Source: an uncultured archaeon (lineage in GTDB: Archaea > Asgardarchaeota > Thorarchaeia > Thorarchaeales > Thorarchaeaceae). From it: a stretch of DNA of 64,000 bases. This document shows, one piece after another, positions 29,811-40,289 of the stretch; positions within the stretch are counted from its first letter, which is position 1, and each line of letters starts with the position of its first letter. The notes beneath the pieces were generated by a model. The model was given only the letters and a program-made list of their open reading frames with translations, did not search any database and was not told the origin of the DNA. A program made the position numbers and the translations under genes. The stretch is from positions 1-64,000 of the forward strand of contig CAZSWP010000001.1 of NCBI GenBank assembly GCA_964610875.1, in the 5' to 3' direction.

Positions 29811-29885
29811 TGGGGCCCGAAGGGGGAATCGAACCCCCGTCAAGAGAGCCACAATCTCTTATGTTGCCATTACACCACTCGGGCC
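29811..29885 (-). tRNA. tRNA-His(GTG) with encoded G-1, C73 and CCA
   Basis: minus strand GGCCCGAGTGGTGTAATGGC...AGAGA-TTGTGGC-TCTCT...GGGGGTTCGATTCCCCC TTCGGGC C CCA. Confidence 0.95.
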
Positions 29886-30406
29886 ATCATTCTCGTTTTT
29901 TGGTGTAACCGATTTTCGTCGAAACCGTTACTTCTTATTAGCTTATCTCTATGTGAGTAGCTGATTGGAAATCAAACCAAGAAAAACACCTAAAACTCCT
30001 GGTATTTTTTTTACGAATCCTCAAATAATCAAGTTTCTTGCTTCAGGATTGTGTATTCAAATGGATAAAAAATTCTTGAATTCTTTGTATGGTCACGGTG
30101 TTAGCTTCTAATACATTCTAGAATTATTTGGATGAAATCAAGAGAATGGAAGTAGCACATTGTCTGCAATTCTATTTCACTTCTCCATAAATTTCACAGG
30201 ATAGCTGATTGAGGTATCCACTATTGGGTCAATAATCCAGTTCGTGCTCCAGCTCTGTTTTGCGATTCTCATTGTTTACATATAGAGAAACAAATTTTTC
30301 AGAAGTAGAGAGAAAGCCGAATTCGAGTGAAGGTGTCTGTGTTTGTTCCATTCCTCTCAATTCTTAAGGTACTAGCGTCATTCCAAATTTAATATGGGTT
30401 GATTGT

Positions 30407-31537
30407 ATGAAATTGGAACCTTTTCTATTGGAGCGCATTCAGTCAAAATGGGAGCATATTGTCGATATTAATCTGACAGAGAGTGGTGTTGAACCAATCT
30501 CGATTCACGAGTTGGTCCCAGATGAGAAAGAGCTCGAAGAGATATTGAACATGAAACTTGGCTACTCTCAGACCAATGGCACAATTCCACTTCGGAAAAC
30601 TATAGCCTCTATGTATGAAGGGGTTACTATCGACAATATTCTTGCAACGAGTGGGGGTGCTGAAGCCAATTTTCTGACAATATGGAATCTGTTACATGAG
30701 TCCGAAGACAGAAAACAAGTGATCATGATGCAACCCAACTATAATCAAATTTCTGGGATTGCCAAGGCTCTTGGAGGAGAATTCACTCCCTACTACCTGA
30801 AGATGGAGAATGATGAATGGGTTCCTGATATTGAAGGTCTGAAAGAGGTGGTGTCAAATCAAACCCTTGTCATCACTATCTGTAATCCTAACAATCCTAC
30901 TGGAGCAATATTTGGACTCGATTATCTCAATGCAATTGCTGATATCGCTGAAGACCATGGAGCTTGGATTCTCTCGGATGAGATCTATCAAGGTGCCGAG
31001 ATGGATGGTGTTCGTACTCCGACCATGTTCAATAGGTATGAGAAAGCCATTGTTACTAACAGTCTATCAAAAGCGTATGGCTTGCCAGGTCTACGACTTG
31101 GCTGGATTGTGACTCCAGAGGAATCTCACTCAGAATCTCTTTGGACCTATTCGGATTATACAACAATCTGCCCATCGAAGATTAGCGACAAATTAGCAAC
31201 GATTGCACTCCAACCTAAGAAAAGAGCATGGCTTAGTAATAGGGCAAGTGAAAGAGTAAGAAAGCACTGGGGATTCATGAAGCAGTGGTTTGATGAGCGG
31301 AGTGATGTCTTTGAATATGTTGCTCCAAAAGCTGCGAGTATCTGTTTTCCAAAATATGATCTTCCAATCAACTCTTTGGAATTAGTCGAACGACTATTGA
31401 AGGAGAAAAGCCTGTTACTCGCACCAGGTGTGCATTTTGGAATGGAAAAGTATCTGCGGATTGGCTTTGGGTATGAGGAGGAACACTTGAAGAAGGGTCT
31501 CTCACTTATAGACGAGATGATTCAGAGTATAAAGTAG
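30407..31537 (+). CDS. class I/II PLP-dependent aminotransferase
   Basis: CNPNNPTG, DEIY, SLSKAYGLPGLRLGW. Confidence 0.9.
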   Translation: MKLEPFLLERIQSKWEHIVDINLTESGVEPISIHELVPDEKELEEILNMKLGYSQTNGTIPLRKTIASMYEGVTIDNILATSGGAEANFLTIWNLLHESEDRKQVIMMQPNYNQISGIAKALGGEFTPYYLKMENDEWVPDIEGLKEVVSNQTLVITICNPNNPTGAIFGLDYLNAIADIAEDHGAWILSDEIYQGAEMDGVRTPTMFNRYEKAIVTNSLSKAYGLPGLRLGWIVTPEESHSESLWTYSDYTTICPSKISDKLATIALQPKKRAWLSNRASERVRKHWGFMKQWFDERSDVFEYVAPKAASICFPKYDLPINSLELVERLLKEKSLLLAPGVHFGMEKYLRIGFGYEEEHLKKGLSLIDEMIQSIK

Positions 31538-31554
31538 ACCTGTAATGGAGCGTA

Positions 31555-32550
31555 ATGAAAATGGAGGATGTCTTAATTCTCAACCAACAAGAAGTAAAAC
31601 AGTGTCTCTCTATGAAAGAAGCAATCAAAGCAGTGAAAATTGCTTATTCTGCTTTTGTTGAAGGTCGTGTTGAGATGCCTCCGGTCCAACATCTTGATGT
31701 AAAACAGTACAATGGTGAAGTAGATATCAAGTCAAGCTACGTTGAAGATTTCGGTTTGATTGCCACTAAGGTTGCTTCTGGATTTTATGATAATCCCGCA
31801 AAAGGCCTACCTCCTGGAACCGCATTGATTGTGCTTCTTGATCTGGAAACTAGTCTTCCATTAGCTATCATAGATGGTACTCATATTACAGCTTACAGAA
31901 CCGGAGCAGCTGGTGCAGTTGCCGCAAGTGTATTGGCAAGAAAAGATTCGACTGAGGTAGGAATTTTGGGAGCTGGCACACAGGGTCGAATGCAACTCTT
32001 AGGTCTGTTCGAGGAATTTGATATTATGCGTGTAAAAATCTGGGATATCAATTCGGAAGCAGCTGAGAAATATGCATCTGAAATGACGAGAGATTATGGT
32101 GTGGACATAGAAGTGGTTTCAAACCCGGAGCATGTCGTTCCTGGTTCAGATATTCTTGTCACAGCAACACCTTCTCGAAAACCATTGATTACTGCAAAAA
32201 CAATCCATGAGGGTATGCACATCAACGCGATTGGAGCTGATGGTCCAGGAAAACAAGAACTAGAGCCCTCAGTCGCTACACTAGCTTCAAAGATTGTAGT
32301 TGATAGTCTTGCTCAGTGTAAGAGGATTGGAGAGTTGCAGCATGCTTTCAATGCTGGATTAATAGATGATGCAAAAATCCACGCGGAGATTGGTCAGATT
32401 CTGGTCGGAAAGAAAGATGGTAGGAATAACGAATCTGAAATTACTCTGTTCGATGCTACTGGTCTATCGGCACAGGATGTCGCAGCTGCTAAGATAGTAC
32501 TTGATGCCGCTAAATCAAAGGGATTGGGTAAATCTGTAAGACTTCTGTGA
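31555..32550 (+). CDS. ornithine cyclodeaminase/mu-crystallin family (possible archaeal alanine dehydrogenase)
   Basis: ITAYRTGAAG, GAGTQG, HINAIGAD..GKQE, FDATGLSAQD. Confidence 0.9.
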   Translation: MKMEDVLILNQQEVKQCLSMKEAIKAVKIAYSAFVEGRVEMPPVQHLDVKQYNGEVDIKSSYVEDFGLIATKVASGFYDNPAKGLPPGTALIVLLDLETSLPLAIIDGTHITAYRTGAAGAVAASVLARKDSTEVGILGAGTQGRMQLLGLFEEFDIMRVKIWDINSEAAEKYASEMTRDYGVDIEVVSNPEHVVPGSDILVTATPSRKPLITAKTIHEGMHINAIGADGPGKQELEPSVATLASKIVVDSLAQCKRIGELQHAFNAGLIDDAKIHAEIGQILVGKKDGRNNESEITLFDATGLSAQDVAAAKIVLDAAKSKGLGKSVRLL

Positions 32551-32622
32551 GTAACAAGCATTCACATATCCTAAGATGGATTGTGATCATGTTCCTCGTC
32601 TACAGCTAATTCTGGTGTCAAA

Positions 32623-33957
32623 CTATCTATCTTCAATGATTTGCTCTTCTTTGATATATTCATCATCAATATATCGTTCTGTACCTAATTCTCTTGTATC
32701 AGTGTCTTGCTCAAGTGGCTTCTCTTCAATATTCATTAGTGACGGCACGAAGAAAGCAATGAAGCTAAGAATTGTCGTAACTACTCCTGACAATATGAAC
32801 CAAAAAGACACTCCTGTAACGTCTGCAATTGGTCCTGCTACAGCTAAACCTATAGGTGACATTGCAGATGCCCCAGCTACTAGAAGGGCCAGAACTCTTC
32901 CTTGTTTTTCTGGAGGGATTGTTGCTTGAAAGATTGCTATCAATGCACCATTGACAATTGGATTGAGAAAATTGACGATTGTATAGAATGCAATTGCTAC
33001 ATAGAACGAGTCTGCTGGAACAAATCCAATTGCAGCCAAAGCTACTCCTTCAAACACGAGGGCTCCCAAAGCTGTCACTATCTTCTTCTCTGTGCCTCCC
33101 CATGCAGTCAATAATACTGCTCCTATCAGCATCCCCATTGCACCTACAGATTGCATAAGAGCTAGATCAAGTTCCGTACCAAGGAAATAGTTCTTCACAA
33201 GTATTGGTGACAATGACATCGCAGGTGCCGCTAAAAGATTCAATGCCATTGCAAAGAACATTAGGAGAAACCCTCCTCTCCAATCCTTGAGATATGTGAA
33301 TCCCTCTTTCATATCTCTGAGAACGGATGTTTCTTCAACAGCAAGAGCTCTTGCTGGTTGAGGTATTGCAATTGATGCAACCGCAATGATTGCAATCATT
33401 GCAGAGAACACATCGACAAGAAGGATGCTTTGCATTGGTAGCAATACATACAAGACTGCACCAATCGGAGGTGCTATGATTGTTGAAAACCCATTGAGTG
33501 ACTGATTTAGTCCTCCCGTACGTGCAAGATGTTTCTTTGGAACCATGAGGGTGGTAGAAGCCTGCATCGCTGGCCAGTGAAATGCCCCGAATGCTGAACC
33601 AACGAACATGATCAAAAATACATACCAGATGTTAGCTATACCAATGAAGAACAGATATGCTAGACACATAATTGACACTGCTATTAGGGCATCAGCTGCT
33701 ATCATCGTCCTACGACGATTCCATCTATCGACATATGATCCTGCAAAAGGAGCAATGAATACTTGTGGCAATAGTGCCATTATTGTTCCGATTGCCAACA
33801 TGGTAGCAGAACCAGTCAGGTCTGTAATCCACCATACCAACGCAAATCTCACTATTCTTGAACCAAAGAGTGAAACTGCTTGCCCACTCCACATGATACC
33901 AAAAGGTCGCAGTGATTCAGGTTCTGGATTGTCATTAGTTACCACGTACGACACCAC
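32623..33957 (-). CDS. MFS transporter (MefA/DHA3-like)
   Basis: GQAVSLFGS, motif A GSYVDRWNRRR, 12 TM helices. Confidence 0.9.
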   Translation of the reverse strand: MVSYVVTNDNPEPESLRPFGIMWSGQAVSLFGSRIVRFALVWWITDLTGSATMLAIGTIMALLPQVFIAPFAGSYVDRWNRRRTMIAADALIAVSIMCLAYLFFIGIANIWYVFLIMFVGSAFGAFHWPAMQASTTLMVPKKHLARTGGLNQSLNGFSTIIAPPIGAVLYVLLPMQSILLVDVFSAMIAIIAVASIAIPQPARALAVEETSVLRDMKEGFTYLKDWRGGFLLMFFAMALNLLAAPAMSLSPILVKNYFLGTELDLALMQSVGAMGMLIGAVLLTAWGGTEKKIVTALGALVFEGVALAAIGFVPADSFYVAIAFYTIVNFLNPIVNGALIAIFQATIPPEKQGRVLALLVAGASAMSPIGLAVAGPIADVTGVSFWFILSGVVTTILSFIAFFVPSLMNIEEKPLEQDTDTRELGTERYIDDEYIKEEQIIEDR

Positions 33958-34084
33958 ACGAGTCTGGATATTATGTTCATATAATTGGATGTATCTCTGC
34001 TTTCATCAATAATCTTGTTATGATCATTTAGATTCATCACCTGTTTTGATCTCAATTTGTGGCTCGTCATTAAACATCAATACA

Positions 34085-34345
34085 TACTTCCACCAATCTC
34101 TGCGATACAAAAAGCAAAGACTCCAATGCTCGTGCAACATGGTGAAAAGGATGAACGAATCTCAGTTATTAGTACTCGAGAAATGTACAGGATACAAAGA
34201 GAAGGGAGTTGACACTGAACTGTCTGTCTATCCTTTCCGGTCTAAGTCATGGATATTTAACATCTCGGGAGAATTATGTGGTTATGCTTCATTCATACAG
34301 ATGGTTCTGTCATTATCTTCCTGGCGAAGAACTAGATTTGTTTGA
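34085..34345 (+). pseudogene. C-terminal remnant of an S9 (acylaminoacyl/prolyl oligo-) peptidase
   Basis: PISAIQKAKTPMLVQHGEKDERI in one frame, KEKGVDTELSVYP and LSHG in others; ends approximate. Confidence 0.6.
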
Positions 34346-34366
34346 GAATGATTTCTGAATATCAAA

Positions 34367-34408
34367 CAAAAGAAAAAAAGGAGGCGTGGAAGGTTACGCG
34401 CCTTCCAC
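34367..34408 (-). terminator. hairpin + U-rich tract downstream of the subtilase gene
   Basis: perfect 8-bp stem GTGGAAGG/CCTTCCAC (34386-34408), 7-nt loop, followed on the minus strand by a T-rich run (A-run 34367-34379); 12 nt after the stop. Confidence 0.6.
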
Positions 34409-34420
34409 CATGCTAGGGAT

Positions 34421-36049
34421 TTAGGTTGTTGCTCCATCGGCTTGAACGAATCCTGCACCCTGTACAGTCACATCATAGCCTAAGTCAACAGCTGTTGACT
34501 GTAGATAGCCTTCAAGCCATGCTACACTCATTGTGCCATGTGCTTGAAACATCAAAGCATAGACACCTGATGTCTGTGGGCAGCTGAAACTGGTTCCGCT
34601 TATGTAGTAGTATCCACCATAGTATGGGAGAATGAGATTCTCACCAATTGCAGTGACATCTACTTTTCCTCTTGAAGAGAAGTCCGAAACAAAGACACCT
34701 GAGAAGTCTCCTTCTCCAATATCTGTCCAAATTCCTTCTAAACCATAGGAACCAGTAAGACCTTCATGACCTGCAGCTGCGACTGACGTCGTATCTGCTA
34801 AATTCGCTGGGTATGCTGTTGTATCAGCATCTGGGCCACTATTACCTGCAGAAGTAGATACGACAATCCCCTCGTTCTCAGCGTTTGCTATGGCTGTGTT
34901 CAGATTGTCATTGGTGTTATCGTAACCAAGTGACATTGACACAATCATATTGTAACCACTCAGTGCTCCACTCTTCAATGATCGTGCATAGTCAATACTA
35001 TCTGCCCAATTGTTGAGCATGGTGGTTTCAGTAACTCTATTCCTACCAAAACCTCCAATCCAATAGATACATCTTAGCATGACGATTTTAGCATCCTCTG
35101 CAACACCTTCAATCCAATAGTCAGTAGTGCTGTCCAGACGGTATCCAATCACAGTTCCGGTGACTGCAGTACCATGTCCTTCTGTGTCTTCGTTCCAATC
35201 AACATTGTCATAGCCTAGCTCTTTTGTATAGCTTCGGCTGTATGATGTAAGGATATTTTCTTGTGGGAAATAATCAAGATAGTTTGCAACCAAACCTGTA
35301 TCAATTATAACAACCACTGATCCTACACCCGTGTAGCTTGTCTGGTCTACATCGATGACATCGTTCCACCATGGCATCTTATGTATCAATGTATCTTTCG
35401 ACCAACCTTGACCGCTACCACCACTGTTGTCGACTGTCACGGATACTGTATCAGAATCCTGTAATCCTCCACTATCAGTTGCTTCTGCATAGATAGCATG
35501 AGATCCATCAGAGTATCCTGTTGTATCCCAATCGTAGGAATATGCAGTTGTGATGTACACATCATCAATGTAGATGTCTGGTACAAGACTGTCTTCATCC
35601 TCTACTGTAACTGAAATGGTAACTGTGTCTGCTACAGTTGCACCATTTGACGGACTGGTAATTGTAACAACTGGTGGATTGTTTGTACTACCGCCACCGT
35701 TACTAACAGTAACCGTAATTTTGTCAGTTGCACCTGGGACTTTGGCTTCAATAGTGTGAGTACCGTCACTATAGTATGTCGTATCCCAATTATATGTGCT
35801 ATATGTTCCAACTTGGCTCCCATCAATGTACAGTCTTGGGGTCTGAGAAGCGTCAACAGTTATTGTCACCACACCTGATACTGTTTCCCCATTTGTTGGG
35901 TTTGTTATAGTACAGTATCTCGGTGGGGGTGCCATCAACGCTGTTTGCATATCTCCTCCGCTTAGAGCAGCAACGCTTGTACCCATAAACATAGACATTG
36001 TGAAAACAAAGACGAAGATGAGTCCAAAGGACTTCTTGAATTTCATCAT
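34421..36049 (-). CDS. secreted S8 subtilase with two N-terminal Ig-like (Big) domains
   Basis: signal peptide; repeats ITNPTNGETVSG / ITSPSNGATVAD..WDTT.YSDG.H; triad IIDTG, GHGT, SGTSFS; oxyanion AGNSG. Confidence 0.9.
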   Translation of the reverse strand: MMKFKKSFGLIFVFVFTMSMFMGTSVAALSGGDMQTALMAPPPRYCTITNPTNGETVSGVVTITVDASQTPRLYIDGSQVGTYSTYNWDTTYYSDGTHTIEAKVPGATDKITVTVSNGGGSTNNPPVVTITSPSNGATVADTVTISVTVEDEDSLVPDIYIDDVYITTAYSYDWDTTGYSDGSHAIYAEATDSGGLQDSDTVSVTVDNSGGSGQGWSKDTLIHKMPWWNDVIDVDQTSYTGVGSVVVIIDTGLVANYLDYFPQENILTSYSRSYTKELGYDNVDWNEDTEGHGTAVTGTVIGYRLDSTTDYWIEGVAEDAKIVMLRCIYWIGGFGRNRVTETTMLNNWADSIDYARSLKSGALSGYNMIVSMSLGYDNTNDNLNTAIANAENEGIVVSTSAGNSGPDADTTAYPANLADTTSVAAAGHEGLTGSYGLEGIWTDIGEGDFSGVFVSDFSSRGKVDVTAIGENLILPYYGGYYYISGTSFSCPQTSGVYALMFQAHGTMSVAWLEGYLQSTAVDLGYDVTVQGAGFVQADGATT

Positions 36050-36188
36050 GTTTTACTCCATCTGTTTGTCAATCATTCATGAATGTCCATGAACAACTAA
36101 CTTATCCAGTAGTGTGGGAAAATGCAAACTAATATATAAGTGATATGCACATTTTCCCATGAGAATATTTCAGGTGGATATATAAGCC

Positions 36189-36683
36189 ATGATTGCATTT
36201 TCCAGCTTTATGACAAGAGAGAAGCGGATGGGCATCATAATCATTGTTTTCATGTCTGTGCTTCTTCTATCAACACCTCAAGGTGTGTCAGCAACCCACG
36301 ACAAGTTCGAAGTTGTTATTGAAGAAGCATCTTACGGAGACTTCGATAATGATACCTATGAAGATGACGTGGTTGTTATCTTCACCTGTAGAGTTCTCGA
36401 TGGAGCAAAGAGTCCTGCAAAGACCGATGTATATTTCACGCTTACATTGCCGTCTGGAAAACAACACTTTGCTCTAGTGACAATCGTTGGAAAGTACTCG
36501 GAAATAACTCTAGGAATGTATTGGTTCAATGTGGCTACCGAACCGGGATGGTACAACATTGCAGCTGATGCATATACTTATGGTGGTCCGGATGCTCGGA
36601 CATCAGACTCCGATGTACTCATCTTTGACCCTCCCACTGGGTCAGGCAATGGTGATCCAACAATCAAGTTGTTCACTTGCTAG
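36189..36683 (+). CDS. secreted hypothetical beta-rich protein
   Basis: signal peptide, acidic D.D.D..EDD motif, FDPP C-terminus. Confidence 0.55.
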   Translation: MIAFSSFMTREKRMGIIIIVFMSVLLLSTPQGVSATHDKFEVVIEEASYGDFDNDTYEDDVVVIFTCRVLDGAKSPAKTDVYFTLTLPSGKQHFALVTIVGKYSEITLGMYWFNVATEPGWYNIAADAYTYGGPDARTSDSDVLIFDPPTGSGNGDPTIKLFTC

Positions 36684-36727
36684 AAGATAAAGCCATCATG
36701 CAAACAGCCAGAACTCGAGGTAATTGA

Positions 36728-37834
36728 TTGAGGGGACAACATCTTTCATCAAGACATCTACAACTACTCATTGCATTACAGGAAGGTCCGATGGACCGAC
36801 TGGAAGATATTGCAGAGAGAGTAAAGATATCTAGGACTACAGTTTCAAAGAATTTGAAGTGGTTATCAGGTGAGTCCAAATCTGGCAAAAAGAGATATTT
36901 CAGAGTTGTACCTGATCTAAATGAAGCACGCCTTGGTATGCATACCGTTGATGTCCTTTTTGACACCCCTACCTTTGCATCACTCAAAAAAGTAGAGGGG
37001 TTGTGTAACATCCACGCCTATACAAAATACAGAGCCAGATGCTATGGTGGCGAAAGTGGGGTATTCGCACAATTTCGAATACCGAATGATACCGCTGATT
37101 TGTTATACGCATTTCTAGAGGAATCCAAAGCTAATGGTAATTTCGAAGATTTCTGGGTACTTCCGACTCAAGATATTGATTCTATCTTCACAGTACCACG
37201 TCTGGAATATTGGAATAATGATTCATTCGCATGGGAGTTCAACTGGGATGAATGGTTTGATGCTCGCTATAAAATGAAACAAGTTCTAAAAAAGAAGAAG
37301 CAAGCGCCTATGCTTGATATTCTTACTAAAGATGATATTTGGATTATGAGCCTATTACCGAGGGGAATGCGTCGAAAACAGAAGGCACTCATTGAAGATC
37401 TAAAAAGAGAAGGCATAGAATTCACCTCTCAAGAGTTCTCTAGAAGATACAATCTTATCAAAGAGAACTTCATTACACGTTATCATGTTTATGTGGATGT
37501 TGATACGTTTGATCTTTATAGTAATGTCCTAATAACGGCGGATTCCAACACAAAATTCTCGTCCGAATTACGACAAAGGCTGCAATCAAATCCAATACCT
37601 TTCAGATCTACTGCAAAGATAAGTGATGATTTCCTCTTCTGGTATCTAAGAATGCCTTCAAGTCATCTCTCACGACTTCTGAATCATCTTCATCATGAGG
37701 TCACAGACCTCAAGCTCTCACTAGTTGATTATCAAAGAACAGAAGTATTTGGTCTCTGGTCTGAGGCGTTTGATGAAACCAATAGGGCTTGGCGAGTAGA
37801 ACCTGATTTCATGATGTGTCGTAATCTTGAATAG
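36728..37834 (+). CDS. Lrp/AsnC-like tandem HTH regulator
   Basis: LLIALQEGPMDRLEDIAERVKISRTTVSKNL HTH; second HTH-like segment in the C-terminal half. Confidence 0.65.
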   Translation: MRGQHLSSRHLQLLIALQEGPMDRLEDIAERVKISRTTVSKNLKWLSGESKSGKKRYFRVVPDLNEARLGMHTVDVLFDTPTFASLKKVEGLCNIHAYTKYRARCYGGESGVFAQFRIPNDTADLLYAFLEESKANGNFEDFWVLPTQDIDSIFTVPRLEYWNNDSFAWEFNWDEWFDARYKMKQVLKKKKQAPMLDILTKDDIWIMSLLPRGMRRKQKALIEDLKREGIEFTSQEFSRRYNLIKENFITRYHVYVDVDTFDLYSNVLITADSNTKFSSELRQRLQSNPIPFRSTAKISDDFLFWYLRMPSSHLSRLLNHLHHEVTDLKLSLVDYQRTEVFGLWSEAFDETNRAWRVEPDFMMCRNLE

Positions 37835-37874
37835 ACATGAATTAAGAATTGGTGGAGCAAAGAACTAGGAAGGT

Positions 37875-38831
37875 TTGCCCTTGGTATCAATTGATGATAT
37901 TCTCATAGCACGAACACGTATAGCTCCATATGTCAAAGAAACCCCTCTGTATTTCTCACGATATCTCTCAGAACTAGTTGATGCTAAGGTGTATCTCAAA
38001 CTAGAGAATAAACAGCTCACTGGGTCCTTCAAGGTCAGAGGAGCTTTGAATAAGATGCTGAATCTGACTCCTGAAGAACTCTCTCTAGGTGTTATTACGG
38101 CATCAACTGGAAATCATGCTCAAGGATTTGGATTTGCTGCTCGAGAATTAAAGGTAGAAGCAAGTGTGGTTTTTCCTAAAGGTGCTTCCGAACATAAGAA
38201 ATCCAAGATTCAAGAATATGGTGTCAAGGTCATTCAAGATGTCGGCTATGATGAGATTGAACCATACGCGCGAAAACTTGCAAAAGAACTGGGTATGACA
38301 TATGTGAGTCCTTACAATGATCCTCTAATTGTTACAGGCGCTGGAACAACCGGTCTCGAGATACTTGAACAAACCGAGAATATAGATCAGGTCATTGTAC
38401 CTGTAGGTGGAGGCGGTTTAATCTCTGGAATTGCTATTGCTATCAAGAACAAATTGCCGGATGTGGAAATAATTGGAGTACAATCTGAAGCTTCTCCAGA
38501 AATCTACAAGTCGTGGCGTGCCGGACATTGGGTAGAAGCTCCAGAGAGTGACTCTCTGGCGCAAGGATTAATGGGTGGTGTTGAAGCAGATTCTATCACA
38601 TTAGATATTATCCAAGAGAAAGTCACGCGAATGACATTGGTCCGTGAGAGTTCCATTTTGAATGCGATGAAACTCTTGTACGAGAAGGACAATCTTGTCA
38701 TTGAAGGAGCTGGTGCAATCTCTACTGCTGAGTTAATTGAGCATAAAGAGGCCTATGAAGACAAGAATGTCGTAGTGGTTGTCAGTGGGGGAAATATCCA
38801 AACTGATGAACTCATATCACTCATTCAATAA
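37875..38831 (+). CDS. threonine/serine dehydratase (short form)
   Basis: KLENKQLTGSFKVRGA, ASTGNHAQG, PVGGGGLISG, SGGN. Confidence 0.9.
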   Translation: MPLVSIDDILIARTRIAPYVKETPLYFSRYLSELVDAKVYLKLENKQLTGSFKVRGALNKMLNLTPEELSLGVITASTGNHAQGFGFAARELKVEASVVFPKGASEHKKSKIQEYGVKVIQDVGYDEIEPYARKLAKELGMTYVSPYNDPLIVTGAGTTGLEILEQTENIDQVIVPVGGGGLISGIAIAIKNKLPDVEIIGVQSEASPEIYKSWRAGHWVEAPESDSLAQGLMGGVEADSITLDIIQEKVTRMTLVRESSILNAMKLLYEKDNLVIEGAGAISTAELIEHKEAYEDKNVVVVVSGGNIQTDELISLIQ

Positions 38832-38840
38832 GATGAATCC

Positions 38841-39365
38841 CTAATCACGAAATATCTCCATGTAATGTGTATCAACATACTCTCCATTAACATAGTATTT
38901 TCCATGTGCTGTACCATAGTGCTTGAATCCAATTTTCTCATACACATGCTTAGCTCTAGGATTTTGGTCATGTACACCCAGTTCGACACGTCGAAGATTC
39001 AGATGCTTCCATCCAAAATCTAGGATAAGTTCAATCGTTTCTGTTCCATAGCCTTTTCCCCAATTCCTTTCTTCATAGATGGCAATGCCAAGAACACAAG
39101 ACCTTGACAACCAATCTATATCATGAAGCGCGGTCGATCCTATCATATTGCCCTCTGGCATTGTTTCGATAGCAAAATGAAAATCAGTCCTTTTCTTCAA
39201 TGCCTCTTCAGCTGCTTGCAACCACTCCCTCTCAACATTTCTAGTGATTGGCATGTAGCCTCCTAAGTATACTCTCATCTCTGGGTCGTTAAAATGTTCC
39301 ATGATATAATCAAGATGCTTTTCTTCATCAAGAGGAACAAGTCTGACACTATCTCCAACTAACAA
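38841..39365 (-). CDS. GNAT acetyltransferase (RimJ/RimL type)
   Basis: WGKGYGTE, LNLRRVEL, NPRAKHVYEKIGF. Confidence 0.88.
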   Translation of the reverse strand: MLVGDSVRLVPLDEEKHLDYIMEHFNDPEMRVYLGGYMPITRNVEREWLQAAEEALKKRTDFHFAIETMPEGNMIGSTALHDIDWLSRSCVLGIAIYEERNWGKGYGTETIELILDFGWKHLNLRRVELGVHDQNPRAKHVYEKIGFKHYGTAHGKYYVNGEYVDTHYMEIFRD

Positions 39366-39468
39366 TTTGAAAACCTGCGTCTGGCTTGTTTGATTTAGTT
39401 AAGAGTTTTGAGTACGATTTTAAATTGTTCTGTTTATGAAATTTGCACTTCCTAAAGATTGATTTTCC

Positions 39469-40188
39469 ATGATTAACCAGATTGACCTGATTGCTATGAC
39501 TATTCTTTCAGAAACACTACAAGAACTTCTGAATGATATGGGTCCATATCTTGATCTTCTCACCAGTCAGGCTGGGAAAATGAATGCTGGATTCGAACTG
39601 ACTGACACGGGAGAACAGGCAACACTCATCTTTGATGAAGGAATCACTATATGTGAAGGACTCGTAGATGTAGCTTTCAAAGTCACGCTGACTAGTGAAC
39701 TTCTAGAAATGGCAATGAATGGAGAAGTCGATTTGTTTGCTTTGGCTGGTCGAAGTCATATCTCAGAAAAAAAAGCAGTAGATTTCGAATTCTTCGATAG
39801 AAGTAGAATGAAAGAGATTTTTGATACAATCTACGTATTGGGAACACATTTCTTTGTCCCTGGAAAAATCAAATCCCGAGTGATGCGACCTGAATTAGCT
39901 GGAAGTGCACATGGTGCAAGACCAATTCCTCTTGTGTACTGGAAAGACTTGCGCACTGCTTGGTACTATATACCCGCAGGAGAGATTCTAAACGTTGCAG
40001 GCGAGAAGGACCCGTATCCACAGGCCTTCGTAGTTCTGAGTGGGAAAGGTCGTTTAATAATGGAAAATGGAGAAGTAGATATCGAACCGTCTTGTACTTA
40101 CTATATACCAAGGAATTTCACTCACCGAGTACATGCTGAAGAAGATACTACCTTGATATGGATCGCATATGATGCTCCAATGTTTTAG
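39469..40188 (+). CDS. SCP2-like + cupin domain protein
   Basis: C-terminal cupin QAFVVLSGKG..YIPRNFTHRV; N-terminal SCP2-like pattern. Confidence 0.55.
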   Translation: MINQIDLIAMTILSETLQELLNDMGPYLDLLTSQAGKMNAGFELTDTGEQATLIFDEGITICEGLVDVAFKVTLTSELLEMAMNGEVDLFALAGRSHISEKKAVDFEFFDRSRMKEIFDTIYVLGTHFFVPGKIKSRVMRPELAGSAHGARPIPLVYWKDLRTAWYYIPAGEILNVAGEKDPYPQAFVVLSGKGRLIMENGEVDIEPSCTYYIPRNFTHRVHAEEDTTLIWIAYDAPMF

Positions 40189-40289
40189 TATTTGAATGAC
40201 TACAGTACTCAAAATACACTGTAACCTCCACTGACTTATGGACATATGGTGAAATACACGATAATCGTTACCGTGGTCATTTCTAAAAT

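Noticed and set aside
24900-29811. Integrated element at the 3' end of tRNA-His
   Set aside because: No integrase and no duplicated tRNA 3' end (att site) seen; contents are ordinary metabolic genes
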